Shown here piece by piece: positions 1-11,349 of a stretch of 64,000 nt of DNA. The stretch comes from a virus: IMG/VR virus record IMGVR_UViG_3300021964_000041, positions 15,466 to 79,465 of that record; one strand, given 5' to 3'. A program made the position numbers and the translations under genes. The notes beneath the pieces were generated by a model that ran no database searches, had not been told where the DNA came from, and was given only the letters and a program-made list of their open reading frames with translations. Position 1 is the stretch's first letter. Each line of letters begins with the position of its first letter.

Positions 1-3000
1 GATAAAACTAATTCAATTTCTTTTGTAGTGGCACCGCTACCAAGACTACCAATTTTTAATGCCCAGTTTTCATTAATGCTTAGGTCTGTACTAGTTCCGT
101 CAATGGTCAAACGATTTAGTTTTTGTAATGCATTTTCTGTACCTTTTTCTTTAATAAAGCCAGTGTAAAACTTATACTGTGCAATATCGTCTCTTATAAG
201 ATTGTCAAGGTATAATCGTTTCTGATATCCTAATAGATGTTGACTTAGTTCAGTTGTTTGCTGATCAAAGTTTTCGCTTTCTAGTGCATAAAAATCTTCA
301 TACGAACTTGCTTTATAATCTAGGTTAGGTAATAATTCTGCAACAGGCTTGTCACCTATAAACACCCAATCGCTAAAATTAAATGTTTTTGTTGCAGGTA
401 AAAATTTACTTGCACTATAATACTTGCTCTTAAATCTTACAACATCACCAAGATTGTAATCACGTCCTTGAACGTAATCTTCTACTACTGCTTCGTCAAA
501 TACAAATCCAGGACTAACATAATCACCGTCCCACTCGCTTGTTTTAAATCCAACTAACTTGATACGTTTTTGTCTGTAACCTGCTTCTTGGTCATATATC
601 ACATCGCCGAATTGACTCTTATCATCAAATACTACAATGTGTTCCCACTGTACTAGATTTAATACAGCAAAGAAAATTCCTTTTTGTGTTCCTTTTGTAG
701 AAAGTAAAAACTTACCATTGCCTCTAACAATGCTTAGAGACTCTTTTTCTAATGGTGCCCCATTAGCACTTAAAATACTATATTCATAAAAACTGTTAAG
801 GACACTGTCTACAGTTGCATACTTGTATTCAAACTCTAAATTGTTTGCAAAAGGACTTAGTGCAATAACACTACCTTCTGCCCAATTTTGTGTTGTCCAG
901 TACAAAAATTCTTTTGCACTTAGATCCCAGTCTTGTATTGATAATGTTTCTCTTTGATACTTGTCAAAAACAAAACCTTGTTCTTTCAACCAGTGTTCAT
1001 AACCAAGAATTACATCATATACTTCTTGTGCTCTTGCATATACAGTTCCATAACTGACTTCGGTTACTTTGTTTTCGAATGATCTTGCTTTAGCAACTTC
1101 TGCTCCGCCAGTTATAGGCAATTCACCTAAAGATGTAAACTTATCATTGTCAAATGTTTCTGTACTTGTATGATTTGTTTTTACTCTAAAGTATTTTCCG
1201 CCAAATTCTACAATTTGCTTTTCACCGTAAAATTTTTCTGAACTCCAAATAACAAACTTTGCTTCTGTACCGCCTACATTGATCCCAATATCATTCTGTC
1301 CATGCTTTGGCTTATAGATATTAAACCACGGACGTAGTGTATCATAACCTCTAATTAAAAATCCTTTGGTTGTTTTTTCAACAATCATACCACTTATTCT
1401 TACACTGTTAATAGGGTTACTTTTTCTTAGTGTAAGTTGATAGTTTTCGCTAGGAAGGAAAACACTGTTGTCAGCAGTATTAGGATTAGAACTTTCTGCT
1501 AATACTCTTAATCTATTTTTGTTTGCAAAGCCGCCTAGTTTATAAGTTAAGTTACTTGATGTATTTCTCAATGTATCATAAAATGTTTCTTTAACGTCTT
1601 TCGAAAAACTCTTGAGGTATTCAACCATAGGTACATGGTACCCTAGTCCTAAGAATCTCTTATTGCTAAACAGCAAGTCTTTAATTTTTGCTTCTTTTAG
1701 ATTGAAAATCTTTCCTGTATCAGCATAAACAACATTTCCACTAGCAGTAATTTGATTTTGATTAGTATCAAACTGACTACCAAAGTATTGTGCAGGTTTT
1801 GTTAGTGCTACTGCATTCTGTAATGCAAAAGGATACCAACTAGATTTTCTCCATGAAGTTTCTGCCGGACCTTCGTCTCCGTACTTCCAATCATTTTTAA
1901 TTTCTGTAACAAATATTGCTTTAACAATATTAATTTTACTAGGATCTATTAAATCACCGTATTCATCAACTGGTAAATTTTTAGATAACCCGAGTCTTGC
2001 AAAGTCTGAATATATTTTATTACCACTCGGATCTCTTACCAACCCTCTTTCAATGTCGTCCCAAAGAATTTTGTTTCCACTAGTGTAAGGTGCTTGGCCA
2101 TAAACTTCGTCCCACCATGTAGGTTTAATTGTAATACCCAACATTTCCCATGGATGTGTATGAGGTCTATCAGTATCAAAGTATGATTTGTAAATTGCTC
2201 TCCAATAACCAGGTAAACGCTGATCATCAACACTGATCATTGTGTTAAAGTTATAAGAAAACGGATTAGCGTCTACTGTAACATTGTTTGTTTCATAATC
2301 AATATCAAACAAACTCTTCCAATAACCAAAATCTGTTCTTAATACTTTGTTAAACTCGTTAGCGGTAAAAGTATTTGTTCTATATTTTCCAGGAACCTGT
2401 TTTAAAATATCAAAAACGTCTCTATTATATTTTACTTTAAGGTTATTATAGATACGCTTTTCTAATTCTAAGATTAATTCATCACGTTCGTCATCAAACG
2501 CTTTTGTAATACTACCGTCGTGTCCTTGAATTACTTTTGTTGCTGTTAGATAACTGTTGTCTACAAATATTTCAGGAACAAATGCAGGATATAAACCAAG
2601 TTTAGTTGGAGTATGAGGGATAACCGAACCAGTAGTATCGTAATCGTTAACTTTGATTATGTCGCCAACTGATAATGTTTTTTTAATTGTAACAGTATTG
2701 TCTACAGCATCAAACTCATAGTCTGTATCGAGATATAACTGTACATCATTCAAGTACACATACACTGCACGGTCGCTTACTTTAGTTGTATCAAACGCAT
2801 TGTTAATTGCAAATACATTTTGCGTTCCATTTTTTACTTCAAACTGTAAGCGTTCAACTTTTTTACCAAAGCCTGCCATGTCTGAATAAAAGTACGGTGC
2901 TTCGCTTGACTTATTAATACTTAATTCATATAAAATTTTATCCACATCAGAAGCAATATTTTCACTTCTTTCAATTTTTCCTGCTTTTTCAATAAACTGA

Positions 3001-5522
3001 TCTTTAAAGAAGTTATAATCTCTACCTGTCTTACGCATAGAGTTAACAAAATTTAAATCTTCTTGAATTAAGAAAAGTATTGCAGGTAAAACACTGCCTT
3101 TGTGCTTAACATATCTACTACCATCTAGGTGAATATTGTACACATCTCTAGCATTATTAGGTCCTACCGACTTTCCTATAATGTTTGTATTAGATTGAAA
3201 TATAGTTTTAAAGTGATCACTAACACTGCCAAGTGTAAATGTACGCAAATCGTTATTTTCACCATTGTTGGTTAGATTGATCGGTGGTTCATAAAACCCG
3301 TTGTCATTAGGTTTTTGATCAGTAAGAACTTTTAGTGTTACTCTTGTGCCACCTTCAATTGGTGTTTTAAATTTTAACTGATAAGATGCTCTATTTTTGT
3401 CAATAATTTTTTCAAAATCAGTTGTTTCCTTATAGGTAACACCGTTGTATTCAGCAATAATATCTAAATCATACTTGTAAGGTTCTTTTATACAATTAAC
3501 AGCAACAGTATCTGCTGTTTGTGCTAGATCAAACACCTGCAAAATTCTCTGTCTTGTAACTTTATCTTTTACAAGTTGCCAGCCACTATAATATTTTTCG
3601 TCATTATAATCATAAACTAACCCACTGGCAGTATCAACAGTTGTCAATATATTATTTTCTTGGTATGTAAACTCGCTATCGTCCCAATTGAATTCAAATG
3701 TAATATCACCTACATTGTTGATATTTTGATAACTGATTGGAAACCCTAGTACAGGATCGTTTGCTCCTACACCACGCTTATAACTTGCAATAGCATTACC
3801 TTGGAAGTTAGATGAAAAGTAATTTGTTGCGTTTGAAAAACTGTTTGCACTACTATCAAACAAGTCAAACAAAGGACTTTGATTTAATTCTGTTTTAACT
3901 TGTGCTTTAACCCACTCTGTACCATTGTAATAATATGACACACCTTGGTTTACTGCACCGTCTGTGGCAACAACACTGTCGTTGACCAAAGGTGTGTATT
4001 TTTCAATTAGATGTAAACGTTCTTGTCCTTCATATTCTACAAAATCAACTTCGTATACTTTACCTTTTACTGTGATATCTGGATCAGCATTAAAAATTAC
4101 ACGCATACCTTTACGTAAAAGAACTTCATCTACGTGGTATCCAAATGACCCTTCAACATCACTCATAGCATCTTTAGTATCTGTATCAATTAAATCAACA
4201 TTACCAATACCTTTTTCACCAAAGTTAAACAGTTTAAGATTAGGGTTGAATTCTAAAATAGGTCTTACTGCTCTATTGTTTTCATCAAGTACAGGAGATG
4301 TATTATTATACTCTGCACTTAGTTCAATTACATCTTTATGAACCCATCTATTATATCTACTCCACGGGTTTTTATCTTTACTTGCACGATTAATTGTAAT
4401 ATATTCTGCTGTTAAAGGACTATTCTCAGTATCATCATATGGTGTATCATCAAATGGGTCAACGTCAAATTCGTATTCAGCATTTTTAGCATATAGTTCA
4501 GGTGTATCTAATTCTGTTTCGTCAATTAGCGTAATTCGATCGCCTACACCTTCAACATACCAATTCTTTTCTCTATACTTTGTAGGTAAAACATCGCCTA
4601 CAAAATTAATTTTCATTCCGTTTGTAAGTTTTACACCATTAGCACTTGTAAAGTTTGCTTTTCCAATAATTTCTTGTTCAACATCAATTGTTAAATCTTG
4701 AGAAGTGTCACGGATTTCTAAGGTACCTTGCATCGATTGATGATACTGACAAGCATAAAATAATCTATCAGGTGCATTTACAGGAACAGTAAATGTAATA
4801 GTTCCACTTTCTGCACCATTATTTTCAACACCGTCATTGTATTGATCGCCTATGCCGATTGTATTTGCTGTTTTGATGTAGAAAGGATGCCCTGTTGCAT
4901 TAACTTTAAACTTGTATGTGCCACCTCTATATAATACAACTGTTGGATTTTCACTAAATCCGTTTGGTGTAAACACAAAACTATTTTGTCCGCTATTTGT
5001 AACTGAATATTCACTTTCAGTATTGCCAGGATTTCCTGAAACACTTACTGGATCTGGACCTTGTGAAAGCCAATAGTACTGTCTATAATTTACAAACTTG
5101 TCAAAATCAAACATCGGATTCCAAGCAAAATATTCTGCTTGAAATAGTTTGTCGTGGTTATCTGTTATGCCGCCAAAAAAATCTAATTGATTAATTAGGT
5201 CGTCATATGTACCTGTCCACTTGTTTGAATTATCAACAGGATTTTTAGTTACTGCTGATGGAAGAAAGTTATATCTTCTTCTATTTGCAGTTGGTTCTGA
5301 AATGTAAACGTCTTTAGGTGATGCATTTTCAGTATTCCTAGCACCAACAAATCCATTTAGCCTATCTAAATTACCTTTGCTGATTAAACTGTCAACTGTT
5401 GCACCAAAAAACTTTCTATTTGCTTCTGTACGAAAGTACATAGGTAACAAGTCGGCACTGTTTCTCAACTTGTCTTTGTTTTCTATGTTTACTGGTGTAC
5501 CTTGTTTGTCGCTATATGCCAT
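1..5522 (-). CDS. Giant baseplate/virion structural protein (>1,840 aa, 3' end outside window)
   Basis: Absent from the ORF track because it has no stop in the window. ATG at 5522 after AGGA; reads MAYSDKQGTPVNIENKDKLRNSADLLPMYFRTEANRKFFGATVDSL. The same frame is open at the window edge (ENWALKIGSLGSGATTKEIELVL). Lies directly downstream of the gp6-like gene and contains a cupredoxin-like module near 4715-5010. Confidence 0.8.
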   Translation of the reverse strand, partial: MAYSDKQGTPVNIENKDKLRNSADLLPMYFRTEANRKFFGATVDSLISKGNLDRLNGFVGARNTENASPKDVYISEPTANRRRYNFLPSAVTKNPVDNSNKWTGTYDDLINQLDFFGGITDNHDKLFQAEYFAWNPMFDFDKFVNYRQYYWLSQGPDPVSVSGNPGNTESEYSVTNSGQNSFVFTPNGFSENPTVVLYRGGTYKFKVNATGHPFYIKTANTIGIGDQYNDGVENNGAESGTITFTVPVNAPDRLFYACQYHQSMQGTLEIRDTSQDLTIDVEQEIIGKANFTSANGVKLTNGMKINFVGDVLPTKYREKNWYVEGVGDRITLIDETELDTPELYAKNAEYEFDVDPFDDTPYDDTENSPLTAEYITINRASKDKNPWSRYNRWVHKDVIELSAEYNNTSPVLDENNRAVRPILEFNPNLKLFNFGEKGIGNVDLIDTDTKDAMSDVEGSFGYHVDEVLLRKGMRVIFNADPDITVKGKVYEVDFVEYEGQERLHLIEKYTPLVNDSVVATDGAVNQGVSYYYNGTEWVKAQVKTELNQSPLFDLFDSSANSFSNATNYFSSNFQGNAIASYKRGVGANDPVLGFPISYQNINNVGDITFEFNWDDSEFTYQENNILTTVDTASGLVYDYNDEKYYSGWQLVKDKVTRQRILQVFDLAQTADTVAVNCIKEPYKYDLDIIAEYNGVTYKETTDFEKIIDKNRASYQLKFKTPIEGGTRVTLKVLTDQKPNDNGFYEPPINLTNNGENNDLRTFTLGSVSDHFKTIFQSNTNIIGKSVGPNNARDVYNIHLDGSRYVKHKGSVLPAILFLIQEDLNFVNSMRKTGRDYNFFKDQFIEKAGKIERSENIASDVDKILYELSINKSSEAPYFYSDMAGFGKKVERLQFEVKNGTQNVFAINNAFDTTKVSDRAVYVYLNDVQLYLDTDYEFDAVDNTVTIKKTLSVGDIIKVNDYDTTGSVIPHTPTKLGLYPAFVPEIFVDNSYLTATKVIQGHDGSITKAFDDERDELILELEKRIYNNLKVKYNRDVFDILKQVPGKYRTNTFTANEFNKVLRTDFGYWKSLFDIDYETNNVTVDANPFSYNFNTMISVDDQRLPGYWRAIYKSYFDTDRPHTHPWEMLGITIKPTWWDEVYGQAPYTSGNKILWDDIERGLVRDPSGNKIYSDFARLGLSKNLPVDEYGDLIDPSKINIVKAIFVTEIKNDWKYGDEGPAETSWRKSSWYPFALQNAVALTKPAQYFGSQFDTNQNQITASGNVVYADTGKIFNLKEAKIKDLLFSNKRFLGLGYHVPMVEYLKSFSKDVKETFYDTLRNTSSNLTYKLGGFANKNRLRVLAESSNPNTADNSVFLPSENYQLTLRKSNPINSVRISGMIVEKTTKGFLIRGYDTLRPWFNIYKPKHGQNDIGINVGGTEAKFVIWSSEKFYGEKQIVEFGGKYFRVKTNHTSTETFDNDKFTSLGELPITGGAEVAKARSFENKVTEVSYGTVYARAQEVYDVILGYEHWLKEQGFVFDKYQRETLSIQDWDLSAKEFLYWTTQNWAEGSVIALSPFANNLEFEYKYATVDSVLNSFYEYSILSANGAPLEKESLSIVRGNGKFLLSTKGTQKGIFFAVLNLVQWEHIVVFDDKSQFGDVIYDQEAGYRQKRIKLVGFKTSEWDGDYVSPGFVFDEAVVEDYVQGRDYNLGDVVRFKSKYYSASKFLPATKTFNFSDWVFIGDKPVAELLPNLDYKASSYEDFYALESENFDQQTTELSQHLLGYQKRLYLDNLIRDDIAQYKFYTGFIKEKGTENALQKLNRLTIDGTSTDLSINENWALKIGSLGSGATTKEIELVL

Positions 5523-5533
5523 TTATAATCCTA

Positions 5534-8500
5534 TTAGTAACCGCTAGATCCACTACTAGTAGTAGTTCCACTATTTGCAGTGGACACTGAAACTGTACCA
5601 CTAGCATCTACAGAAGTAACAACGTTACCATCTGCCTTCAAATTATTTGCTGTAATTTGATCAATTATTTCTACGTTGTCAACTGATGCTGTACTAATAA
5701 AGATTTCATCTGCACGACATTTAATTTGATACAAACTACCAAATGCTTGTGAACCGCTTCTCGGTACAATAACAAAGTTTGCTACATCTGGTGCAGTTTG
5801 CTGTTGTACAAAAGTTGCTAGTTCTGTAAAATAAAATGTTTCGCCAAAGTCCCAATTATCAATAGCAAAGAAATCATTTACTGCTTGAATAATATTACTT
5901 TTAATTTCATTGTCACTTATTGTGCTTCCTGCACTTTTAACAACTTTGAATGTTGCTTGTAGTGTTGGGTCTGCATTAACTCCAAACAATGATCTGTAGT
6001 TTACAGCATGATATATAATTTCATCACTAATTGATTTCACGCCGTTTAGTGTTCCATTAAGTTCAAGTCTTAGCGAAGCACTTGTAGGCTTAGTCGGTTC
6101 TGTACCGCCACTGTTTACAAAAATTCTATAATCTTCATCATATGCTCTTGTTAAAACATACATATCAATAATATTTGTTTTACCAGGATCAAGTCTTCTA
6201 TCATTTTGTGCATTATGATTGTATTGGAATTTTAATTCATCTCTGCCTGGTCTTGCAAAATAAGAAGTGTCTAAAGTAAGTGTACCACTTACACTATCAA
6301 ATACTTTAACAACATCTTCTCTGCTATCATAGAAATAAAATAACTGTCCTGTTTCGTAACCAACTAATGAACTTACATTTGCTTCTTTATCAAAAATTAC
6401 AAACTTAGAACTATCAACTTTTGTTGTGGTTGTTATACCGTTATCAATTGTGCTTTGGAAGAAAACAAATTTGTCTCTATAACCTCTACCGTCAACATTT
6501 GTTGGTTGAACAATTTTTACAAAACTATCCGGATCATCAATCATGCCGTCATCGTCTGAATCATAAAAATTAACTCTTACTTTGTTTACTTCTTCAAATC
6601 CGTCATTGTTTAATACACTACCAATAATTTCCCACTGATAATCTTTTTCTAAAATCTTATCTTCAACAGGATCTTCGTTTATTTTTAAAACCTTAACTTG
6701 ATCTTTAATTACATTTCCAGTTTCGCTGTCGTATTTTTTAATACCTCTGTCAACGAAGAACTGAATTAACTGTTCGCTTTCGAATCTATAATCTAATCCT
6801 CTATAAGTGATTGTATATGTTTCACCGTCTGTTTCAAATAACACAAACCAACTCTTATCTAGTTTAGAACCTGTTGTATCACCTTGGCGTTCTAAACTAA
6901 AATCGTCTTTTGTGTTTAGGTTTGCGTTTACAACAATTTTCCACTCTTTAGCATTTTGATCATAACGAATACCAAATGTCTTGTAGTTAAAAATTAAATC
7001 AACTAATTGTAATTCTAAATCACTTGGGAAGTTTGTTACAATATTAGGAACAATTAAACTTGGAACAGCAAGTGACGGAATGTTTTCGCTGAACACAATA
7101 GGACCAGTACCGTCATCTAAATTGCCTTGGCCGCCATTTGAACCGTCACCACTTACTTGAACAACTTTTGCCCATATATAATTTAGACTGTTTTTAGTTT
7201 TTGTCGAAACTATTGTTCCGTCTGCTAAGAAGTATTTTCCTTCTGGTGGCTCAAATTTTACTAAACTGTCAGGTCCAATAAACTTAAAATTATTTGTTGT
7301 AAATGTGCCTACTGTAATAGGTGAACCATTAATTGTATTTCTAAAGTATCCTGTACTATTTGTACTTGACTCAGTTGATCTTACCCAATCAATATTAATA
7401 TCACTTGTTATAATTCTTGGAAACTTGTCATAATAAAATGCTTTGGTTGGCAAACTGTCAATAATAGGTTCAATAGTATTTCTAATTACACCCAAAATAT
7501 CATTACGTGTTTGGAATGAAAAGTTAAAATCACTTTCATAAGGATTTTTATAAAGTATGCCATCATCTGCCATTAAATTAACAGAACTGTATTTTCCTGT
7601 AGGATCTTGAATTTCAAACTGTCTTGAAATTCCTGAACTAACTCTGTTTACTGATTTAATTTTAATTACATTATTACTTGCTGTTAAAGGATAAGAATTA
7701 TAATCTTCTCCAGTAATCATTCTGTTTTGTGTATAAAAACTTTGTGGTGCATTTACTCTAATATCTGCTGTTGGCTCACTTGCACTTGCATTTGTTAAAC
7801 TTGCTTCTAGTCCAAGTTGAACTGTAAGTGTATGTCCTTGACCATTCTTATTAAAGTAAGGAATAGTTAAAATGATATTTTGCATATCATTAGGTCTAAT
7901 TGTATATGTTAATCCGTTTGACGTTCTGTAGTAAACTCTAAAACTACCTAGCGGTAAGTCTCCAAAACTTCCGTCTGCAAAATTTAAACTAATCTGATCT
8001 TGGTCTCTAGTTGTGACATTGTACAATGTTCTAATATTTTTATTAACACTATTAAAAATTACATTGCTACCATATATGCTGTTTAACTTTGTCCATTCTG
8101 TAGTTGGAGCACCATTTCTATCAAGTTGCCATAACCACACGTCAGTATTGTTAATGTTTGGAATATCAATATTAACAATTTCGTTTGGACTAGGATCAGT
8201 TACCGTAAACGGTGAACTTTGTAGTTCTCCTTGCCTAAAGTGGAAAAAGAATCCTGTATTAGGTGAACTGTTTCCTCTTTTATCATTTCTGTATAACATT
8301 CCAAGACGTCTTCCAGGAAAGGGTGATTCCTCCTGAATGGCACCATCTTCAATTCCGGCGCTAGTAACTTCAAATGTCATAGATCTACCAGTAACTGTTT
8401 TACTAAAAGTGTACAACGGTACATCAGTATTTTGTGTATTAACTTTATATTGTTCTGTTGTAATACCATCAATAACATCACTTTGATCTGGTTTACCAAT

Positions 8501-9007
8501 TACAGTACTACCTTGCAAACTATTATTAATAATCACTTGGAACTGTTCTAACCAGTTGCTGTTAGTATCATCATTCCAGTTAATAAATGTGTTTTCTAAA
8601 CTATTACCTAAACTGTCTTGAACGTTGTCTGTTGTTTGTACACCGATTACTTTCAAAAGTCCATTACTTGGTACGTTACGAGTAGGATTATATCCTACAA
8701 GTCTTGCAAGACGTAAAACACTATCACGTCTTTCTGCTAATTCAATAAAATTTTCTCTGGCGTTTAAATCAAATCTGTAAGATAAACTTTGTCCTAAAAA
8801 GGCAATCATATCAATTAGTGCAAGGTATTCACTAGATTCGATATAATCATTAAAATCTTCAGGATAATTCGCTCTTAGATAAGCGATCATAGTCCTACGT
8901 AGTGTAGGAAAATCATAAGAACTAAAATCAGCATTAGAAAAAGCCTTGTAAACCTTATCCCAATCTTGATTTGCTAACAACGAATTTTGTCTATCTGTAC
9001 TTGCCAT
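5534..9007 (-). CDS. Baseplate wedge subunit, T4 gp6-like
   Basis: N-terminal DFSSYDFPTLRRTMIAYL...ENFIELAERRDSVLRLARLVGYNP and internal APQSFYTQNRMITGEDY are gp6/baseplate-J-like motifs; adjacent to the gp25-like gene. Confidence 0.85.
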   Translation of the reverse strand: MASTDRQNSLLANQDWDKVYKAFSNADFSSYDFPTLRRTMIAYLRANYPEDFNDYIESSEYLALIDMIAFLGQSLSYRFDLNARENFIELAERRDSVLRLARLVGYNPTRNVPSNGLLKVIGVQTTDNVQDSLGNSLENTFINWNDDTNSNWLEQFQVIINNSLQGSTVIGKPDQSDVIDGITTEQYKVNTQNTDVPLYTFSKTVTGRSMTFEVTSAGIEDGAIQEESPFPGRRLGMLYRNDKRGNSSPNTGFFFHFRQGELQSSPFTVTDPSPNEIVNIDIPNINNTDVWLWQLDRNGAPTTEWTKLNSIYGSNVIFNSVNKNIRTLYNVTTRDQDQISLNFADGSFGDLPLGSFRVYYRTSNGLTYTIRPNDMQNIILTIPYFNKNGQGHTLTVQLGLEASLTNASASEPTADIRVNAPQSFYTQNRMITGEDYNSYPLTASNNVIKIKSVNRVSSGISRQFEIQDPTGKYSSVNLMADDGILYKNPYESDFNFSFQTRNDILGVIRNTIEPIIDSLPTKAFYYDKFPRIITSDINIDWVRSTESSTNSTGYFRNTINGSPITVGTFTTNNFKFIGPDSLVKFEPPEGKYFLADGTIVSTKTKNSLNYIWAKVVQVSGDGSNGGQGNLDDGTGPIVFSENIPSLAVPSLIVPNIVTNFPSDLELQLVDLIFNYKTFGIRYDQNAKEWKIVVNANLNTKDDFSLERQGDTTGSKLDKSWFVLFETDGETYTITYRGLDYRFESEQLIQFFVDRGIKKYDSETGNVIKDQVKVLKINEDPVEDKILEKDYQWEIIGSVLNNDGFEEVNKVRVNFYDSDDDGMIDDPDSFVKIVQPTNVDGRGYRDKFVFFQSTIDNGITTTTKVDSSKFVIFDKEANVSSLVGYETGQLFYFYDSREDVVKVFDSVSGTLTLDTSYFARPGRDELKFQYNHNAQNDRRLDPGKTNIIDMYVLTRAYDEDYRIFVNSGGTEPTKPTSASLRLELNGTLNGVKSISDEIIYHAVNYRSLFGVNADPTLQATFKVVKSAGSTISDNEIKSNIIQAVNDFFAIDNWDFGETFYFTELATFVQQQTAPDVANFVIVPRSGSQAFGSLYQIKCRADEIFISTASVDNVEIIDQITANNLKADGNVVTSVDASGTVSVSTANSGTTTSSGSSGY

Positions 9008-9045
9008 AACAATATTTATTACCCTTTTAATGTGCGTAGTTTATT

Positions 9046-9480
9046 TTATGCCAAAGCATTTGCTTTATCAAAAGTAAATTGCAATGCTTCTGAAACATCA
9101 TACTGTTCATAGTACAAAACTGCTTGAATTTGCAATCCGTACTCTTTTTCTACCAATGCTAAACTGTCAATACTAACCCTTGGATCACTATCAACTATTT
9201 CTCTAACATCTTGTAAAATTCTTTCTTTTAGGACATCAGTAAACGGTTCAAACAGTGCGTCCCATATAATTGTACCAAATTGAGGTCTATAAATCTTTTC
9301 ACCCTTACGTATGTTGAAATGATTAATCAAGTCCTGCTTAATTAATTCAATATCATATGACTGAAACGTGGGTGTTTCAGCGTTGACTGTACTAACTCCT
9401 CTATAAACATTCGATCGGCTATTTTGATTGCCTTTGTTGTTAGAATTAGGTTTAATTACAATGTCGGTATACTTTGCCAT
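9046..9480 (-). CDS. Baseplate wedge subunit, gp25/GPW-like
   Basis: DIELIKQDLINHFNIRKGEKIYRPQFGTIIWDALFEP...DPRV is the gp25 family pattern; 144 aa. Confidence 0.9.
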   Translation of the reverse strand: MAKYTDIVIKPNSNNKGNQNSRSNVYRGVSTVNAETPTFQSYDIELIKQDLINHFNIRKGEKIYRPQFGTIIWDALFEPFTDVLKERILQDVREIVDSDPRVSIDSLALVEKEYGLQIQAVLYYEQYDVSEALQFTFDKANALA

Positions 9481-9488
9481 ACTGCTAT

Positions 9489-11348
9489 TTAAGCCTCTCT
9501 ATCCGTCACCGACTTCTTGGATGAATTCGGATTTTGATTTTCATGTTGATCCCATGGTTCGTGAGTTGGAACACGTTTTAATATAGTTTCAAATGTGTCT
9601 GATCTATAGTAATTGTAGCCTTCCCATTTTGCTGTGATCTCTTTTTCCCACAACTGTATAACACCCATATGATCAATAAATCTGCTAGGTTGTGGAGCAG
9701 AATTATATGCACTAATATTAGGTTTAGCACCTGGTCCTGGTAAGTTCAAATGTACTGCTTCAGTACCATCTACATACACAACTTTATCTGTTTCAACATT
9801 AATGTTAGCACCGCTAGTATCAATTGAAATATCATTTTGTGTAGTACTAATATTAATTTGTCCATTGCTGGCGCCTGCTTTATGTTCAGGTCCTGCAAAT
9901 TCTGTCCAATACTCAGTATTGTTAGGATCAATGGCTTCTAGTGAATTGGGATCTTGTGTTCTTTTTAGTGCTTGATAAAATTTTAATTCATCATCTTCGT
10001 TTATAAAAGTAGTTGTATATCCTTTGCTATAAACATCAGTTGCTACAAATGTTTCTGTAATTGCTGTGCTAGAATTTGCTTTGATGTTTACACTAGTTCC
10101 TGCTGTTTGTCTAATACCTAATGTAGTCGCTAAATCAAAGTTACCGCTTTGTATTTTTGTATCAATTCTGTTTGCAATACTTAAATTATTTGTGTTAACT
10201 TGATAATCATTTGTATCTAAACGACTGTTAAGAGTTTTGATATCACTATTACCTTTAACCATCATTCTATGAGAACCATTTACTATTTCTCGTAAATGAT
10301 TGCTTTCGATTTGTATACTATTATTAGATTTAATATTGATATTTCTTTTTGCTTCTAAATTAAAATCTCTATCTGCAAAAAAATTAAAATCTCCTCTAGT
10401 ACGCATACTAATACTGTCCTCACAGAACACATCCATTTTACCGTCACCGGTTAATTCAATCCATGCAGTTCCTTTTGAGTTTGCAATGTAAATTAAATCT
10501 TCAGTGTCATGCAAAAGTATTTGATGTCCGGCTTTAGTTCTTAGTCTAACAAGGTTATTATTGCCGTCACCGTCACCGTCGTCCATAACAAACACATGAC
10601 CACCGGACTGCGTAACTTTTAGTTTTGCTTTTTCTGCGCCAACTAGTTTTGTAACACCTTCATAACGACCTGGAGTGTTAATACCAAATATTTGATTTAC
10701 ACTGTCACGTCTATGACTGCTTGTTGTTAAACCTCTAGTACTATCTGCAAGTAATCCTTGTTCTTTTAATCTATTTGCAAAAGGATGAACAGGGTGTTTA
10801 ATTTTATCTTCTGTTGTTTGTCCGATGAATGCCGCTTTGTTAAAATTACCTACCGGTAAACCATCTTCAGCAGGACTTAGTGCATTGTAAGTGTCATCGT
10901 CGACAGCAATATCAGTTTTTGCCGCATAATCAGGAATACTATGATTCATTTCAGGTTCAATCAAAGCACCTAACCAAATTGCTTCTTCAATATTCTTATT
11001 GACTAGTAATACTAAACCTTTAGTACCTATCTGAGGTGCTGGAAAAATCATTCCCGAACTTTGTTGTGTGTGTTCAAAATTTTGTGGATCTTTTCCTGCA
11101 TTTTTAAAATCCTTAACACTATAATAAGGCAACATGACTCGACAATTAATTCTAGTGCTTACTACATCTCTACTGTCGTCTTGATTACCTAAAATTGTAA
11201 CTGCTAATTGTCCGTGTTTAGTGTAATCACTATTTGATTCAACAACAGCAATATAAGGACCAATGCCTCCTGATGCTTGAGATAGTTTTTCGGCACGGGT
11301 TTCATTCATCTGCCCCCTGTTTTTCATTTGTCTATTATAAATTGCCAT
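9489..11348 (-). CDS. Baseplate central spike, gp5/VgrG-like (OB-fold plus beta-helix, no lysozyme domain seen)
   Basis: OB-fold-like N-terminus (GPYIAVVESNSD...SGMIFPAPQIGTKGLV); beta-helix repeats (GGHVFVMDDG...LVRLRTKAGHQILLHDTEDLIYI); C-terminal RVPTHEPW; position between hub and gp25. Confidence 0.75.
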   Translation of the reverse strand: MAIYNRQMKNRGQMNETRAEKLSQASGGIGPYIAVVESNSDYTKHGQLAVTILGNQDDSRDVVSTRINCRVMLPYYSVKDFKNAGKDPQNFEHTQQSSGMIFPAPQIGTKGLVLLVNKNIEEAIWLGALIEPEMNHSIPDYAAKTDIAVDDDTYNALSPAEDGLPVGNFNKAAFIGQTTEDKIKHPVHPFANRLKEQGLLADSTRGLTTSSHRRDSVNQIFGINTPGRYEGVTKLVGAEKAKLKVTQSGGHVFVMDDGDGDGNNNLVRLRTKAGHQILLHDTEDLIYIANSKGTAWIELTGDGKMDVFCEDSISMRTRGDFNFFADRDFNLEAKRNINIKSNNSIQIESNHLREIVNGSHRMMVKGNSDIKTLNSRLDTNDYQVNTNNLSIANRIDTKIQSGNFDLATTLGIRQTAGTSVNIKANSSTAITETFVATDVYSKGYTTTFINEDDELKFYQALKRTQDPNSLEAIDPNNTEYWTEFAGPEHKAGASNGQINISTTQNDISIDTSGANINVETDKVVYVDGTEAVHLNLPGPGAKPNISAYNSAPQPSRFIDHMGVIQLWEKEITAKWEGYNYYRSDTFETILKRVPTHEPWDQHENQNPNSSKKSVTDREA

Positions 11349-11349
11349 T

